Positions 13,742-26,710 of a stretch of 64,000 nucleotides of DNA are shown here, piece after piece. Within the stretch, counting starts at the first letter, position 1. Each line of letters starts with the position of its first letter. Below the pieces are notes generated by a model. That model did not search any database and had not been told where the DNA came from. It saw nothing but the letters and a program-made list of their open reading frames with translations. The DNA comes from Takakia lepidozioides. Lineage: Eukaryota > Plantae > Bryophyta. The DNA is taken from NCBI GenBank assembly GCA_030704615.1, contig CM060732.1, forward strand, positions 48,360,001-48,424,000. The letters run 5' to 3'. The translations under genes and the position numbers were made by a program.

Positions 13742-14017
13742 TCATACCGCTGCAGAATCTCTTGGCCACGAAGTTAGAGACGCAAGGAAGCATACGACCG
13801 TGGTCACCACAGGGGGTAGCAAAGACGGAGCGGCTGCTCCAGTTTGCGGAGCCGGAGCTGCAAATTGATCTCCAGATGGCAATTTATACGGAGCCGCTGC
13901 TGCTCGAGATCGGGGAGAAGGGCTTGCTGCCTGCGCGTTCGCTCCAACTGCCATCATCGACATGAACAGCATGCAAAAGACTGCAAGCGCCATCGCTGAT
14001 CGCACACTAGATGCCAT
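13742..14017 (-). CDS. Arabinogalactan peptide / small GPI-anchored AGP-like cell-surface protein (91 aa)
   Basis: Hydrophobic signal peptide ending ANA|Q, AP/SP dipeptides (AASPSP, AAPAP), small-residue omega region TGAAA followed by a hydrophobic tail. Intact ORF with a TATA box ~95 bp upstream. Confidence 0.75.
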   Translation of the reverse strand: MASSVRSAMALAVFCMLFMSMMAVGANAQAASPSPRSRAAAAPYKLPSGDQFAAPAPQTGAAAPSLLPPVVTTVVCFLASLTSWPRDSAAV

Positions 14018-14108
14018 AGTTGAAAGACAGTAGCCTCAAACTAGAAAGACAACAAATCAATGAGTGAGGCAAGATCTACGAGATGAATTGGAGAGGCTTC
14101 CTCTCTCT

Positions 14109-14116
14109 CTTATATA
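14109..14116 (-). promoter_or_regulatory. TATA box of the AG-peptide gene
   Basis: Minus strand TATATAAG followed by (GA)n, ~95 bp upstream of the ATG. Confidence 0.55.
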
Positions 14117-14777
14117 CTACTTCACAGTCGGTCTGATATAGCCTCCACTTTGGCGGCATCCTGCCCAAAATACAGGGCTGCTAATTGCCCTATAAGTACT
14201 ATATTGGCTTTGTTTTTAAGCAGAAAAAGGGTTTTAGTCTATATTAGATCTTCTCCTTTATACCATATTAGAAAAACATCCGGCTATAAACTATGAACCG
14301 TGAATGGGCCGGGCCAACTGTAGTATGTACTGTCATTTGATATTTTTATCTTCATTCTTCTTTATCTACCCATCACTAAGTTGCAATGATGGTCTTGGAG
14401 GAACAATTTATATGAAATTTCTTCTAATTTCAATGATGACTAAATTCAAAACCAATTTCACAGAATATAAAAATTTACAAAAAACTTATTAATGTATTTT
14501 GCTACAAGAGTGACTTCAGTGGGCCAATCTAAATCCACCCATTGGTATCACAAAGGTGTCCACCGGTGTTGGACTGGTATATCCTGGCCGGGTATCAACC
14601 AGGGGTCGACCCATGTCCAGTCGCAAATGCCCGCCACTATTTTTCATTTTTTAGCACATGTCGGTAGGGGAATGTTGACTTGGCATCGACAACCTCCACA
14701 AATTAGTGCTAATTTTGAAGAACGGGCCGAATGGTGGTTAAGCAAGGGATCAAGGATTTCTTTTTGTCGGAAGACAA

Positions 14778-15954
14778 TCAGTATATGAATCAAGAGACGT
14801 TTGTTTTGTTTTGTTTTGTCACGTTGAGATCTCCCAAACCGCGGACCCAGCATGGGGGCTTGGTACCGTTGGAAAGCCCTCGACAAGGAGGGGTGCACGG
14901 GCTTGGTCTCATGATTTTTGGACCTACGGTATGGGAGATGTGGAATTCCAAGTACTTTGGGTCACTAGAAATTCGGGAAAAATAGCAAAGTGGGCATTCC
15001 TGGGACAATGATTGGAGCCTCAAGGAGAGATATCAAGGGAAAGGTCTCCGGTTCAAATCTGGTCGTAGGCTATGTGGAAAAGAATGATGAGATATGGCTA
15101 AAACGAATTTCAAGTACTTTTGGTCGTTGGACAATGATTGGAGCCTCGAAAGGAGAGATATCAAGGGAAAGGTCTCCCCTTCACATTTGGTATGTGGAAA
15201 AAAAAAATATTAGATATGGCTTGCTTCATATATTGAGTAGCCTATGTCGTTGGCCCAAGTGTCCAAGTCATCTAAACCTAAGTGCAATCTCCTATGTGTA
15301 GGCCCAAGTGTGACCTCCGGGGTAGCATGCCGTTGGCCAAAGTGTCTAGTGTCATCTAACCTAGGTGTAAGCTGATCTCCTATGTATCCCAGTGTGTTTC
15401 CTATGTCGAGGCCCAAGTGCGACCTTTAGGCTAGCAGGTGTCATTGGCCCATGTGTTATGAAGTGAAATCTAAGAACAACTGCAATTTCCTTTGTATCCC
15501 AGTGCATCTCCTATGTCAAGGCCCATCCAAGCCCAAGGGCAATCTTCTATGTATCCGTCTCCAGGGTAGCCTGTGCTGTTGTCCCAAGTGTCTAATGTCA
15601 TCTAAGTCCAAATGCATTTTTTTTCCACAGAGCCTATGACCAGATTTGAACCGGAGATATTTCCCTTGATATCTCTCATGTCCATGCTCCAACCATTGTC
15701 CCAGGAATGCCCACTTTGCCTGTGCCATTGGCCCAAGTGTCCAAGTGTAAGATTTTCTATGTATCCAGTTTGCTGAAAATTTGTGGAAAAAAGCAAAGTG
15801 GGCTTTCCTGGAACAACCTACTAAACAACCTATTATTTTAAATTCACTCGAAGACAATTTCATGTGACATAGGAGACTCACTTGGATACATAGGGGATTG
15901 CACTTGGACTTAGATGACACTTGACACTTGGGCCAACGGCACAAGCTACCCTAG
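14778..15954 (+). mobile_element. Non-autonomous Helitron, internally rearranged
   Basis: A|TC 5' end; 3' hairpin cttgggcc-aac-ggcacaag then ctaccCTAG|T; internal inverted block ~15230-15760. Confidence 0.7.
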
Positions 15955-16352
15955 TCAATATATGAATCGAGACGTTTGTTTGTTTGTTTGTTTGTTTTGT
16001 TTTGTTTTGTTTTGTCACATTGAGATGTCCCAAAATGCGAGCCCCCCACCCCTGGTGATTGGAAAGCCCTCGACGAGGAGGGGTGCACGGGCTTGGTCTC
16101 ATGAATTTTGGACATGCGGTGTGGGAGATATGGAATTTCAAGTTCTTTGGGTCGCTGGAGATTCGGGAAAAATAGCAAAGTGGGCATTCCCGGGACAATG
16201 GTTGGAGCATCGACAGGAGAGATATCAAGGGAAAGGTCTCCGGTTCAAATCTGGTCGTAGGCTATGTGGAAAAAACTGATTAGATATTGGCTTGCTTCAT
16301 ATATTGATGCACTTGGACTTAGATGACATTGGACACTTGGGCCAACGGCACA
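15955..16352 (+). mobile_element. Second Helitron copy in head-to-tail tandem, 3' end lost
   Basis: Begins TCaatatatgaatcgagacg immediately after the CTAG of the previous copy; homologous to the copies at 14778 and 30491. Confidence 0.65.
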
Positions 16353-16579
16353 GTATGCTTCTAAATTAAAATGATTTGGTGGTTATTTAATTTTAATTTT
16401 AATTATTTCCATCCGGGTTTATAACCGGCTGGTATTACGATTGGAATACCCATCCACAAACAAATAATCATACTACTATTGAGAACCGGCGGATATTAAA
16501 ATTAAGTGAATAGTCCTATACTATGGAATCGGTTGGTATTGAAAAACATATATTTTTCAATTCCAGGACCCGGCTGGTA

Positions 16580-16895
16580 TTAAAAACTGAGTGGGAATCT
16601 TGCAAACTTCTTGGTCACTTGATTGGTCATGATCTCTCTCAACAGGATTGTTTTGCCCCAATCCTTCGTTCCCTCAAATCTAGATTGACTTTTTGGTGTT
16701 TGTCGTAGCTGCCCATTGCAGGACTTAGGGCTCTGCTTGCTAATCAAGTTTTGTCGGCGGCACTTTGGTTCATAGCCTCGGTCTGGGACCCATGCCCAAC
16801 TATCCTTAGATCCATTAAAGCAATGATCCGTAATTTTCTGTGGGGTGCCTCTGATGCCACGGTAGCTAAGCGTGCTTTGGTCTCCTGGGATCAGC
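16580..16895 (+). mobile_element. L1 LINE fragment (post-RT region), left part, split by the hAT insertion
   Basis: KLLGHLIG...LKSRLTFW...RALLANQVL...RNFLWG...ALVSWDQL; continues after 29270. Confidence 0.7.
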
Positions 16896-18072
16896 TTTTT
16901 TTTTTTTTTTAAATATTTAAATGGGGGGGGGGGGGGGGGCGGTTGCAAGCACTGACGGGATTTGGGTCACATGTCACGTCAATTACGTCAGTAGGTAAAG
17001 ACATGGGTAAAACATTGCCACGTCCTTAGACAGCATGGCACAATTGCCGGCGAGCCCAAGGAGGTGGCAAGTGTGACGCCAAAGTGGCGGTCACCTCGGA
17101 GCCAGTGAGCTGGCATCGGTCGCCCCGGAGCCGGGTGAGGTGGCGAGGCAAGCGCCCGCCTCAGTGGCGGTCGCCACTCTGCCGGACGTGGTGGCGATCT
17201 CGGTGACCACCACCATGGCGGTCGCCTTCGAGGCACCTGAGGTGGCCATGCAGACGACCACCAAAGTGGCGGTTACCTCATGTGAGGTGGCGGCAGGGCA
17301 TCCTCAAGCGCCGGTCGCCTCCGGTGAGGTGGCGGTCAGGCGGCAGGGGGTTGCCCGGAGGGGCGGGCGGGACGACCACCACGTGCAGATCGCAGGCGGG
17401 AGAAGAGGGAAACCGCCACATGCCGGTCGCCGGCGGGAGAACATGGCAACCGCCACGTGCGTTTGCCTGGCGGGCCGCGGCTGCAATACAAGCACGTGGC
17501 AGGGTGGGTGGTTGGGCGACCGCCACGCGTGGTCGCCGGCAGAACCACCACGTGGCGCCGCATGCGGGATGGGCGACCGCTGTGTGGCGGGATGCGGGTG
17601 GGGGGTTGGGTTTGGGTGTATGGGTAGGGGGGAGGGTGGAGGGGGTATAAAAGGGCAGGCCTCCCCCCCATTTTTTCACCTTTGCCTCCCCGTTCTTGAG
17701 CTTGAGGGTAATTTGGATGCTTCGCGTTCTGAGTCCGAGAGTTTGAACTAGAAGAGGCAAGGGTGCTTGGCATTGGAGGGGGGAGGTTTTCGAATTTTTT
17801 TCCCTGAATTGACAAGAGAATTGGTTTAGGCAAGGGTGCTTAGCATTTGAGGGGGGAGATTTTCGAGTTTTTTTATCCTTGACCTAACCTAACGAGAGAA
17901 TTGGTTTGGAGTCACGTCCGGCGTGTGACCGAAAGGGTGCACAAACCGATTTGCTATATCCGGAGGGGGAAGGGTTTAGGCCGGTTGAAGGGGGGTGTCG
18001 GGAGTGACAATCTATTTTTGTGCAGTTTATTCCAAGATCTAATTTCATTTTCTTGCCATAACATACCAAGCA

Positions 18073-19572
18073 ATGTCTGGAACAAGGTCTAGCACTGGGA
18101 CGGGAAGTTCATCAGGGAAAAAGAGGAAACATGGATCGGAGCGTGATAGCGCTATCAACAGAGACCATTACCCCAGCAAAGCCGTCGGGGATGTTGTCAA
18201 GGAGTTGGTGCTAGAATATTTTATGGAGAAGAGCATGATGTACTTGCAAAGTGCGTATGTCCGGCATGGACACGATGGATTCTGGAAGTTTGAACTGCGG
18301 ATGGAGCAAAAAATCCGGGAAGCTTTGACCGGGGAGAAGTGGACAGAGGAGAGGGAGAAGCGCAAGTTCGATCAGTGGGTAGAACATCGAGCGGGCGACA
18401 TCACATGGAATCTCAAGCAGTTTATTGGTTCGATGGTGAAACAAACGACAAGCGGTCCGGTGTCGGCTTGGGAGATGGACTTGTTTGTGCGAGTTGGCTG
18501 GTGGGTGGATTCAGCGAAGGCCCACGGAAAACGCCGCATCAAGTCACTGACACGGAGGCAGCCCGACAACATTTCTGGAGAGGGAGCGGCATTGTTGAAC
18601 CTCAGTTCAAACGCACTAGTGGAGCAGTTGGTTTCACCACGGGAGGGGGGCTTCGGACGAGTTCGTAAGGTGCGAATTCCGGGTGATATCCGAATTAATG
18701 TTAATTGGCAATTGGCGGGGAAAACACCTAAGGAGAAAGATCCTCATCTTGCTAGGAGGCAATATTTTGAAGAGGCCATGGCTGTGCGATTCGCACATCA
18801 TGGGATTATAAAATATATATGTGTTCATCCACGAGACTTGGAGGGTTACACATTGTGGTGGAATGGGGGTTCTGTACGTGATGTTTGGAAGAGTGATGAA
18901 TGATTTGGGATCCGGGTGGATAACAGGGAGGTGTTGGCAAAGCATTGGACCGAGCAAAAACAAGAGTAGGTGAACCATTTGGTTCGTTACCGCCGCCACC
19001 AAAGTAAATTGGCTTGGGCACTGCTGAGCATTATGGATAGTGTTCATAAGAACCACGTCATGCCTAATGACCTGTCGCCGAATAATATTTTGTTGCATTT
19101 CCTGGATAGTACCGACCATGTGTACATCGGGGTGTGTGATTGGGGAATGACAACCTCCACGGAAGCAACGAAGATATCTCCATATCTTTTTGAAACTACC
19201 AGCAAAATGAAGGAGGAATTGCATCAGCGTTGGTGGGTGGCGCCAGAGATTGCTATGGTCCATGCGGCAACAAACAATTTGGTGGATGGCACACCGCGAA
19301 GGCCCACCCAGAGCATGGCTTCCGAAACATTTGCTATTGGTAAGATAGCACACAAAATCAATGGTGGCAGTCATTACAATGGGAGTGCGTTTGAGGATAA
19401 ATTCATGGCAGAGTGTTTTGCTCTTGCTCTAGAGCAGCTATGCGATGTTGTTCAAGAGACTCGACCGACGTTGAGCGCCATAACGCGTCGTCACCATTCA
19501 ATTGGATGGAGCGTCATGATTGCTATAGGAAGGACATGTTGTAGGCAATTTTACAAGCACCGTATGGTATAG
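18073..19572 (+). pseudogene. TE-borne protein kinase with uncharacterised N-terminal region
   Basis: EGGFGRV (Gly loop), LAGK, PNDLSPNNILL (catalytic loop), CDWG, WVAPE, SETFAIG. Stops at 18901 (TGA) and 18967 (TAG) are CGA and CAG in the second copy. TATAAAA at 17646. Confidence 0.85.
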
Positions 19573-20191
19573 CATGATGGTTCATGGAGTTACAATTTTA
19601 GATTGTATCCAATTTTCTCGTGTGGCTATAAAAGCACTATGACATTTTGAAATTGCGCATTGAGATGATTTTCAAGTTTCTTGTGGCCATGAAATGATTC
19701 ATATATGATGTGAAACAAATGTTTTTTCATTGCATTCATGATTCCATTGAAATTTGACAATTGACAAGTGACAAAATTCCCAAATTTCATGTACACAATT
19801 GTTTCAAAAGTGGCGGTTGCACTTCATGAAGATCAAAGAAGTTCATGGAAGTTTAACTTGGCAGCTATTTATCCTATATCTACATACGGGTTCCATTCCG
19901 ACCATCTTTTGATGAATGTACACCAATTACTGGTGTATATGGCATGTTGATACTGAGGTTTATGGTGCGGCCTGTAAGTCTTGTCATGGATCGAGTATGG
20001 GGAGGGGGGGGGGGGTTCCCAGTCTTAACACATGTTCAACATATTCCACCCTTCCCATCAATCGTTGTGTCACAGATGAATGTGCTTCTATAATTTCTTC
20101 GGCACGTTGATTTTGGCGTCGTGCTGGTGAAGGTAAGTTACGAGCAACATTGTTGTTGAAACCAAAGGCTGCATTCAATTCTACAATTATT

Positions 20192-21505
20192 TACTACTAC
20201 GTTTAGGGGGGGTTAGCGACGCCAGGACCCCGGGCGCGCCGGACACGCCGACCCCCCTACTACTGCAGCGTCGCACAGGCGCCCGGCTCGGGACTTGCAA
20301 CGTCGGGGCGTCGTAACGCCGGCGCTCGGACGACGTTGTGGCATCTTGCGATGTCATGCCGTCGCCGGAAAGGGGCCTGACCCCATTCCCCCGCCAACGC
20401 ACCGGGGGGGTTGCGATGCCCTGGCGTTGCAACAATTTGCTGCGACGCCCCCAGGATGCTGCGACGCCAAGGAATCGCAACGAGACGTCGCAGCGATGCT
20501 TTTGCGACGGCCAGACGCTCCTGCGACGCCGGGGAATCGCAATGCCCGAAACCCCAAAAAAAAAAAAAACGGGTTGCGATTCCCCGCCGTCGCAAATGCG
20601 TCGCTGGGGCTGCGGCGCTGTGATTCCCCGGCGTCCTGGGGGCGTCGCGGAAAATTGATTCTGGGAGTAGATTGTAGAGCATAATGGGCTTGGCATCCTC
20701 AGACTATAGCCATTGTCCAACAATAAGTTGCAATGCAGCTTTACAAAACTTAGGCCATTGATAGATATTTGTTCTTGAAGAACTCTGGGGACAAGTCTCG
20801 GTGCAAGTTCCAGCTGTGAGAGCTCCGTAGAGTACGCATAATCTGCAACACAATGATAGGATTGAGATAGTGGTAGTCACTAGGAGCTAACTCTTGATAT
20901 GTATATATATACTTGGACAGCTTTTGTGATACGTAGATGTATTGTAGATTTGTTGGTTATTGTGCAGTGTCTTAGAAATGTTATAATGTGGAGGTCATAG
21001 GTTCAATATGCATTGCCTAATATATGTAGAACAATGCATGAACTGCCATTGGACAAAACCGGAGTCAATGGTCAACGCCGAGTCACTGGTCAACTAGTTT
21101 TCGAAATTCAAAATTCAAATTCAAATTCAAATTTTCCCACCTAAATTCAAATATACCCCCCTACTGTGACGTCTGGGGGTCGCATTTACGACCCCCGGAC
21201 GTCCCTAATGCGACGTCGCAGAAAAAACGTCGCAGAATTTTATTTTATTTTATTTTATTTTATTTTTTTGCGATGTCCGGACGTCGCAAGTCGCGCCGGC
21301 GCCGCGGCCGAGGGGTCCCGGGGGGTTTGCGATTCCCGACGACGCTAATTATCGACGTTCCGGAAGCGACGTCTCTACGACTTCCCGACGTCGCAAAATG
21401 CCCCCGGCGCGTCCCGGGCGCCGTAGAGTATTTCCATCATTAGTCGCGGTGGTTGGAGGTCGTTGGGGCATCGCTAACCCCCCCCCCCCCCAAAACGTAG
21501 TAGTG
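20192..21505. mobile_element. Non-autonomous CACTA (EnSpm) element
   Basis: TIR (c>t)actactacgttt...gggttagcga / tcgctaaccc...aaacgtagtagtg; 3-bp TSD ATT; GCGACG subterminal repeats; empty site in the paralogous copy at ~61385. Confidence 0.9.
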
Positions 21506-21816
21506 ATTGTTGGGTCATCCGCCAAATGCCAACAAAGAAGACCACGCAACTGGGCACGTGAAGTGAGCCTTAAATTGTGGGGCGAGGAGTTGTACAAAAA
21601 CCAAATTAACTACACCTTAGCAGCTATGGTGTAATATAAATAAAGGGACCGCTGAATGGGTAAACAAATTTTAAGAAAATCTCGCAGTCCCAACCCCCCA
21701 ACCGGCGACCGCCACAACAGTAGCCGCAGAGGTGGGAAAAAAAAACGATGGGGACCGGGAGTCGGGCGGTCCCGAGGCCCCAATGGTGACCACGTAGAAA
21801 TTGATTGAAAGGGTGA

Positions 21817-23745
21817 ACTCATCGTTCGCTGTTCAAATGAATTTTTATTGCTTTCATTTTTTGCGAGTGTGTTGGACATATCTTGTCACAGGTCCTCTCA
21901 AGTATCAGGTGAAGCAAATTTGATTGAAATGGTGAACCCATCGTGAATTATTCAAATGAATTTTGATTGCTTCAAATCTTTGCAAGAGTGTTGGACATGC
22001 CTTCTCATAGGCTTCCCTCAAGAATGAGGTCAATCAAAATTGGTTTAAAGGGTGAACCCATAGTTCGCTGTTCAAATGATTTTTTATTGCTTTCAAACAT
22101 TGCGAGTGTGTTGGACATACCTTGTTATAGGTACGTGTCGGGTATCAGGTCATTCAAATTGATTCAAAAGGTGAACCCATCGTTCGTTGTTCAAATGATT
22201 TTTTATTGTTTCCAATCTTTGCGAGTGTGTTAGATATACTTTGTCAGAGGTACATGTCGAGTATCAGCTCAATCGAAATTGATTGAAAGGGTAAACCCAT
22301 CGTTTGCTGATCAAATGATTTTTTTTTGCTTTCAAATATTGCGAGTGTGTTGCACTGCACATACCTTGTCAGAGGTACGTGTCGAGTATCAGGTCAATTG
22401 AAATTGACTGAAAGGGTGAACCCATCGTTCAATGTTTAAATGAATTTTTGATTGCGTTCAATCTTGGCGAGTGTGTTGACATACCTTGTCACATGCTCCT
22501 CTCAAGTATGAAGTCAATCAAAATTGATTGAAAGGGTGAACCCATCGTTCCATGTTCAAATGATTTTTTATTGCTTTCAAACATTGCGAGTGTGTTGGAC
22601 ATACCTTGTCAAAGGTACATGTCAAGTATCAGGTCAATCGAAATTGATTCAAAGGGTGAACCCATCGTTTGATGTTCAAATGAATTTTTGATTGCTTTCA
22701 ATCTTTGCGAGAGTGTTGGACATACCTTGTCACATGCTCCTCTCAAGTATGAAGTCAATCAAAATTGATTGAAATGGTGAACCCATCGTTCGATGTTCAA
22801 ATGATTTTTGATTGCTTTCAAACATTGCAAGTGTGTTGGACATACCTTGTCAGAGGTACGTGTCGAGTATCAGGTCAATCAAAATTGATTCAAAGGGTGA
22901 ACCCATCGTTCGCTAATCAAATGATTTTTTATTGCTTTCAAACATTGCGAGTGTGTTGGACATACCTTGTATGAGATACGTGTCGCGTATCAGGTCAATC
23001 AAAATTGATTCAAAGGGTGAACCCATCGTTCGCTGTTCCTTATGATTTTTGATTGCTTCCAATCTTTGCGAGTGTGTTGGACATACCTTGTCATAGGCTC
23101 CTCTCAAGTATTAGGTCAACCAAAATTGGTTCAGAGGATGAGCTCATTGTTCCCTGGTGAAATGATTTTGGATTGCTTTTAAACATTGCGAGTGTGTTCG
23201 GCATACCTTATCAGAGGGACATGTCGAGTATCAGGTCAATCAAAATTGATTGAAATGGTGAACCCATCGTTCGCTGTCCAAATGATTTTTTATTGTTTTC
23301 AATCTTTGCGAGTGTGTTGGACATACCTTGTCAAAGGTACCTGTTGAGTATCAGGTCAATCAAAATTGGTTCGGAGGGTGAACTCATCGTTCCCCGGTGA
23401 AATAATTTTTCATTGTTTTCAATCTTTGCAAGTGTGTTGGACATACCTTGTCAGAGGTATATGTTGAGTATGAGGTCAATCAAAATTGGTTGAGAGGATG
23501 AACTCATCGTTCCCTGGTGAAATGAATTTGTGATTGCTTTCAATCTTTGCAATTGTGTTGGACATACCTTGTCACATGCTCCTCTCAAATATCAGGTCAA
23601 TCAAAATTGATTCAAAGGGTGAACCCATCGTTCGATGTTCAAATGATCTTGGATTGCTTTCAATTTTTGCGAGTGTGTTGGACATAGACATACCTTCTCA
23701 CGAGTACCTGTCAATTATCATGTCTATGAAAATTGGTTGAAAGGG
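21817..23745 (+). repeat. ~120-bp tandem satellite inside the hAT element (~16 units)
   Basis: Unit aaattgattcaaagggtgaacccatcgttcgatgttcaaatga...gagtgtgttggacataccttgtc...tcaggtcaatc recurs every ~120 bp. Confidence 0.95.
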
Positions 23746-23842
23746 TTTAGGGTACACGGTTAAACCCCAAACTCTAAGCCCTAGAAACCCTAAACCCGTT
23801 TCAATTTCTTGATAGAAAATCCAGACCGCAGGTACCAAGTTT

Positions 23843-23881
<39 letters not shown>

Positions 23882-24546
23882 TTTCTCTCGGCGACCGGGG
23901 AGGCGTGGCAGGCGACTGCCCGTTCTTGGGACCGCCAATGCTGGCGGTCCCGAAATGTTTTCTCTTTTTGTTGCCCAGGGTGACCGTATTGGTGGTCACC
24001 TAGCGGGAGGGAGGTGAGGCGAGGTGCCCGACTGGGCTACCGCTATGAGCAGTCACCGCCTGTATTTGCGACGGGTTGGCTTGCGGGTGGGGCGACCGAC
24101 CCACCGGTCGCCCCGCGATGCTTTCACCCAGGGCAGGAGGGGAGGGGGTGTATTGGGGCTAGGGCTCGGGCGTCCAGGCCCGGTTCGGTCGCCCGCAAGG
24201 GGTTTGTGGCAGGTTGGGCGACCGCCACAAATGGGGGGGCGGGGCTTTTGCCTTCCGCCGGTGGCCTTGCGGGGTGGGGTGGGGGTCGGGCGACCGCTGA
24301 AAGACGGTCGCCGCCGACGTGGCAGACACCGTTCGGAGTACTTGGCGGTCGCCCAAGTGTGTGGCAACGGTCGCCTGGAGGCTGTGACAGTATATAAGCT
24401 CTTCGTGGAGACACCTTCTTACATTGTGGCATCCACTGGGACGTACACCGTTCTTTGTATGAGAGTGGTGCGCAAGAGGAGGATACAAGAGAGGTCTTTC
24501 CTGTTCATGCCATTCTGTGTGCATACACCGCACATGATCACTTGAA

Positions 24547-26710
24547 ATGTGTGATCCACTCTTGGATCCACCATTCTTTTTCTTCATTATTACCATAGGA
24601 TCCCTCTATAAAATGAAAAATGAATGGACCCCTTGGTACACAAGATTTCCGCAAACAAAAGACTGTGTTGAGTGCAAGCTTTGTTGGAATAAATTGGATT
24701 ATCGCAAAGATCAGATGCTGGCTCATTTGGGGTACAGGGATTGCAATGGTCAAAACCCTGGGGTGGGTTTATGCTCAAAAGCATCCATGCGGGTGAAAGT
24801 TCATTTCGCGCAATGTGGAGGGCTTGTTCCGGAGCCATTGGAGGAAGTGAACCTCGCAGAAGGCAGCACACCGAATTGCGGTCAGGAGATTAATCCCCCT
24901 CATGCAGAAGCAGCACGTTTGCGTCCGGAAGCATCATTCAGTTGTACGCAAGGGGACTCTTGCGAGGTATCTGGTACATTGGGACAAGGGGGTCGAGATG
25001 CAATCACACCATAAGATACAAGAGGATCTCAAAGAAGTACAATCCTGCGACAACAATCCATTTTGGAGGGATTGAACGTGACAGCGAAGAGGGCATTAGA
25101 TAAGAAGTGGGCAACGTTTTTCTATGAGGCCAACATACCATTCAACGTGGCACGGCTTCCATCGTTTGCTTTAGTTGTGAGAAGAACTTCAGAGTCAAAA
25201 TGCACGTACACACCACCTCCTTACAATGCTCTACGTACGGGATTGTTGGAAGAGGCCATGACTGACCTTTCAAAAACGAGTAACAGATCGAACCGGGGAT
25301 CCATTGCGAAAATATGGAAGTACATTATGGTTGGAGCTCTATCACAAACCGATCATTATTCAACATCATGCTCGTATGTCCAGCGGGGGAACAATTTATA
25401 GGAGCTATTGACACAACCGGGGAACGGAAGGATGCACGCACTTGGACCAAAAATCATCTGATCGAATGGTCTTTCTGACCTTTCGACTTTTGCTCATTGA
25501 CTTGTTCTTCCGAGAGTCCCGCAACGTTCGTATATGGATTTCCCACTGTGGGTCAATAACAGTGTGCTCGAGCGCGGACCTCACAGTCACCAACCTGTCC
25601 ACCATCAAGAAGTTGGTGGCAAACCGAGTTTCTCCTGGATTCTTTAGGCTGTATTTTGGTTCGTGCCTCCTGTATATTGCCAAAGGCATGTGGTGGTTTC
25701 AGATGAACTTTACAACGGACTTAGCCTGCTTCACAAGGTCTTTCACCCATTGCTCTTTCCCCCAGTCTTCTAACAGTAGCTCGAGGATATGAGCACAACA
25801 TCCTTGATAATACATGTGAGGGTACTGAGCCAAAAGTAACTGGGCCATATTTCTCATGTTCGAGGTATTGTCCGTACAAATTTGCACAATTTTCTCCGGT
25901 CCAACAGAGTCAATGGCTTTCGATAGCACCAGAAACTGGTGCTAGCCCTTGTTGTGTTACGGGAGTTCGATGGAAAGAAACCAATTATGGGAAAGGCATG
26001 GTTGCTATTGAGGAACCTTCAGCAATATGTATTTTTATTGAAAGACCCTTCATTCTCACTAGATGCAGAGTTGGCGAGAAGGGCCGAGGCGGCTTTTGTG
26101 AAACGATGGAAAATGGCCACTACAGACTTGCATGGTGCTGGGGCATTGTTGAATCCATTTCTACTTGACAACAGCATGTTGAGAGATGATGTCGATGTGA
26201 AAGCGGGATTGATACGGACACTCATGAAATTGACCCCTCCAAATCAGGGGGAGAGAGCTATATCGGAGTATCAAAGTTTCTTGGATCGTCGTGACCCTTT
26301 CCACAACCTTCCGGATCCAGGAACTTAACATGCAGCCGCATGAATGGTGGGATTTGATTGGCGCCAGAGCAAGGACATTGGCCCCCATTGCTAAGCGCGT
26401 TCTTGCTCAAGTGTGTTCTTGCTCAAGTGTGTTCTTGCTCAAGTGTGTTCTTGCTCAAGTGTGCTCCGCATCTTCCTGTGAATGTAATTGAAGTAGTTAT
26501 TCATTCGTGCATAGCAAGATTCGGAACAGGTTGCATCTGGATAGGGCCGAGAAATTGGTATATGTGTACACCAATTCACAGCTATTACGGGCTCAAGCGG
26601 GGGATGATACTGCAGCATGGTACGAGAGGAATTTGCAATCTGAAGACTCAGCTTCTGAGGCCTATACAGCAAGTGACGATGCCGGTAATTCTACTAGTTC
26701 GGTTGATTAA
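24547..26710 (+). pseudogene. hAT transposase (BED finger, DUF659-like region, dimerisation domain) with an internal inversion
   Basis: VECKLC...MLAHL; FFYEANIPFNVA; inverted segment ~25442-25930 with QICTDNTSNM, CCAHILELLLED, ETRFAT; PHEWW...LAQVCSASSCE...HSKIRNRL...EKLVYVYTN. TATATAAG at 24391. Confidence 0.9.

Noticed and set aside
16988-17833. Long overlapping GC-rich ORFs (also 20187-20723, 24014-24596, 51662-53708)
   Set aside because: They arise from GC-rich subterminal or tandem repeats, open in several frames with no protein motifs.
21967-23740. ORFs within the 120-bp satellite
   Set aside because: Repeat translations with frequent stops and frame changes.
23740-23800. Telomere repeat (aaaccct-like, also 63570-63612)
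   Set aside because: Only a few degenerate units inside a TE; at most a telo-box promoter motif.
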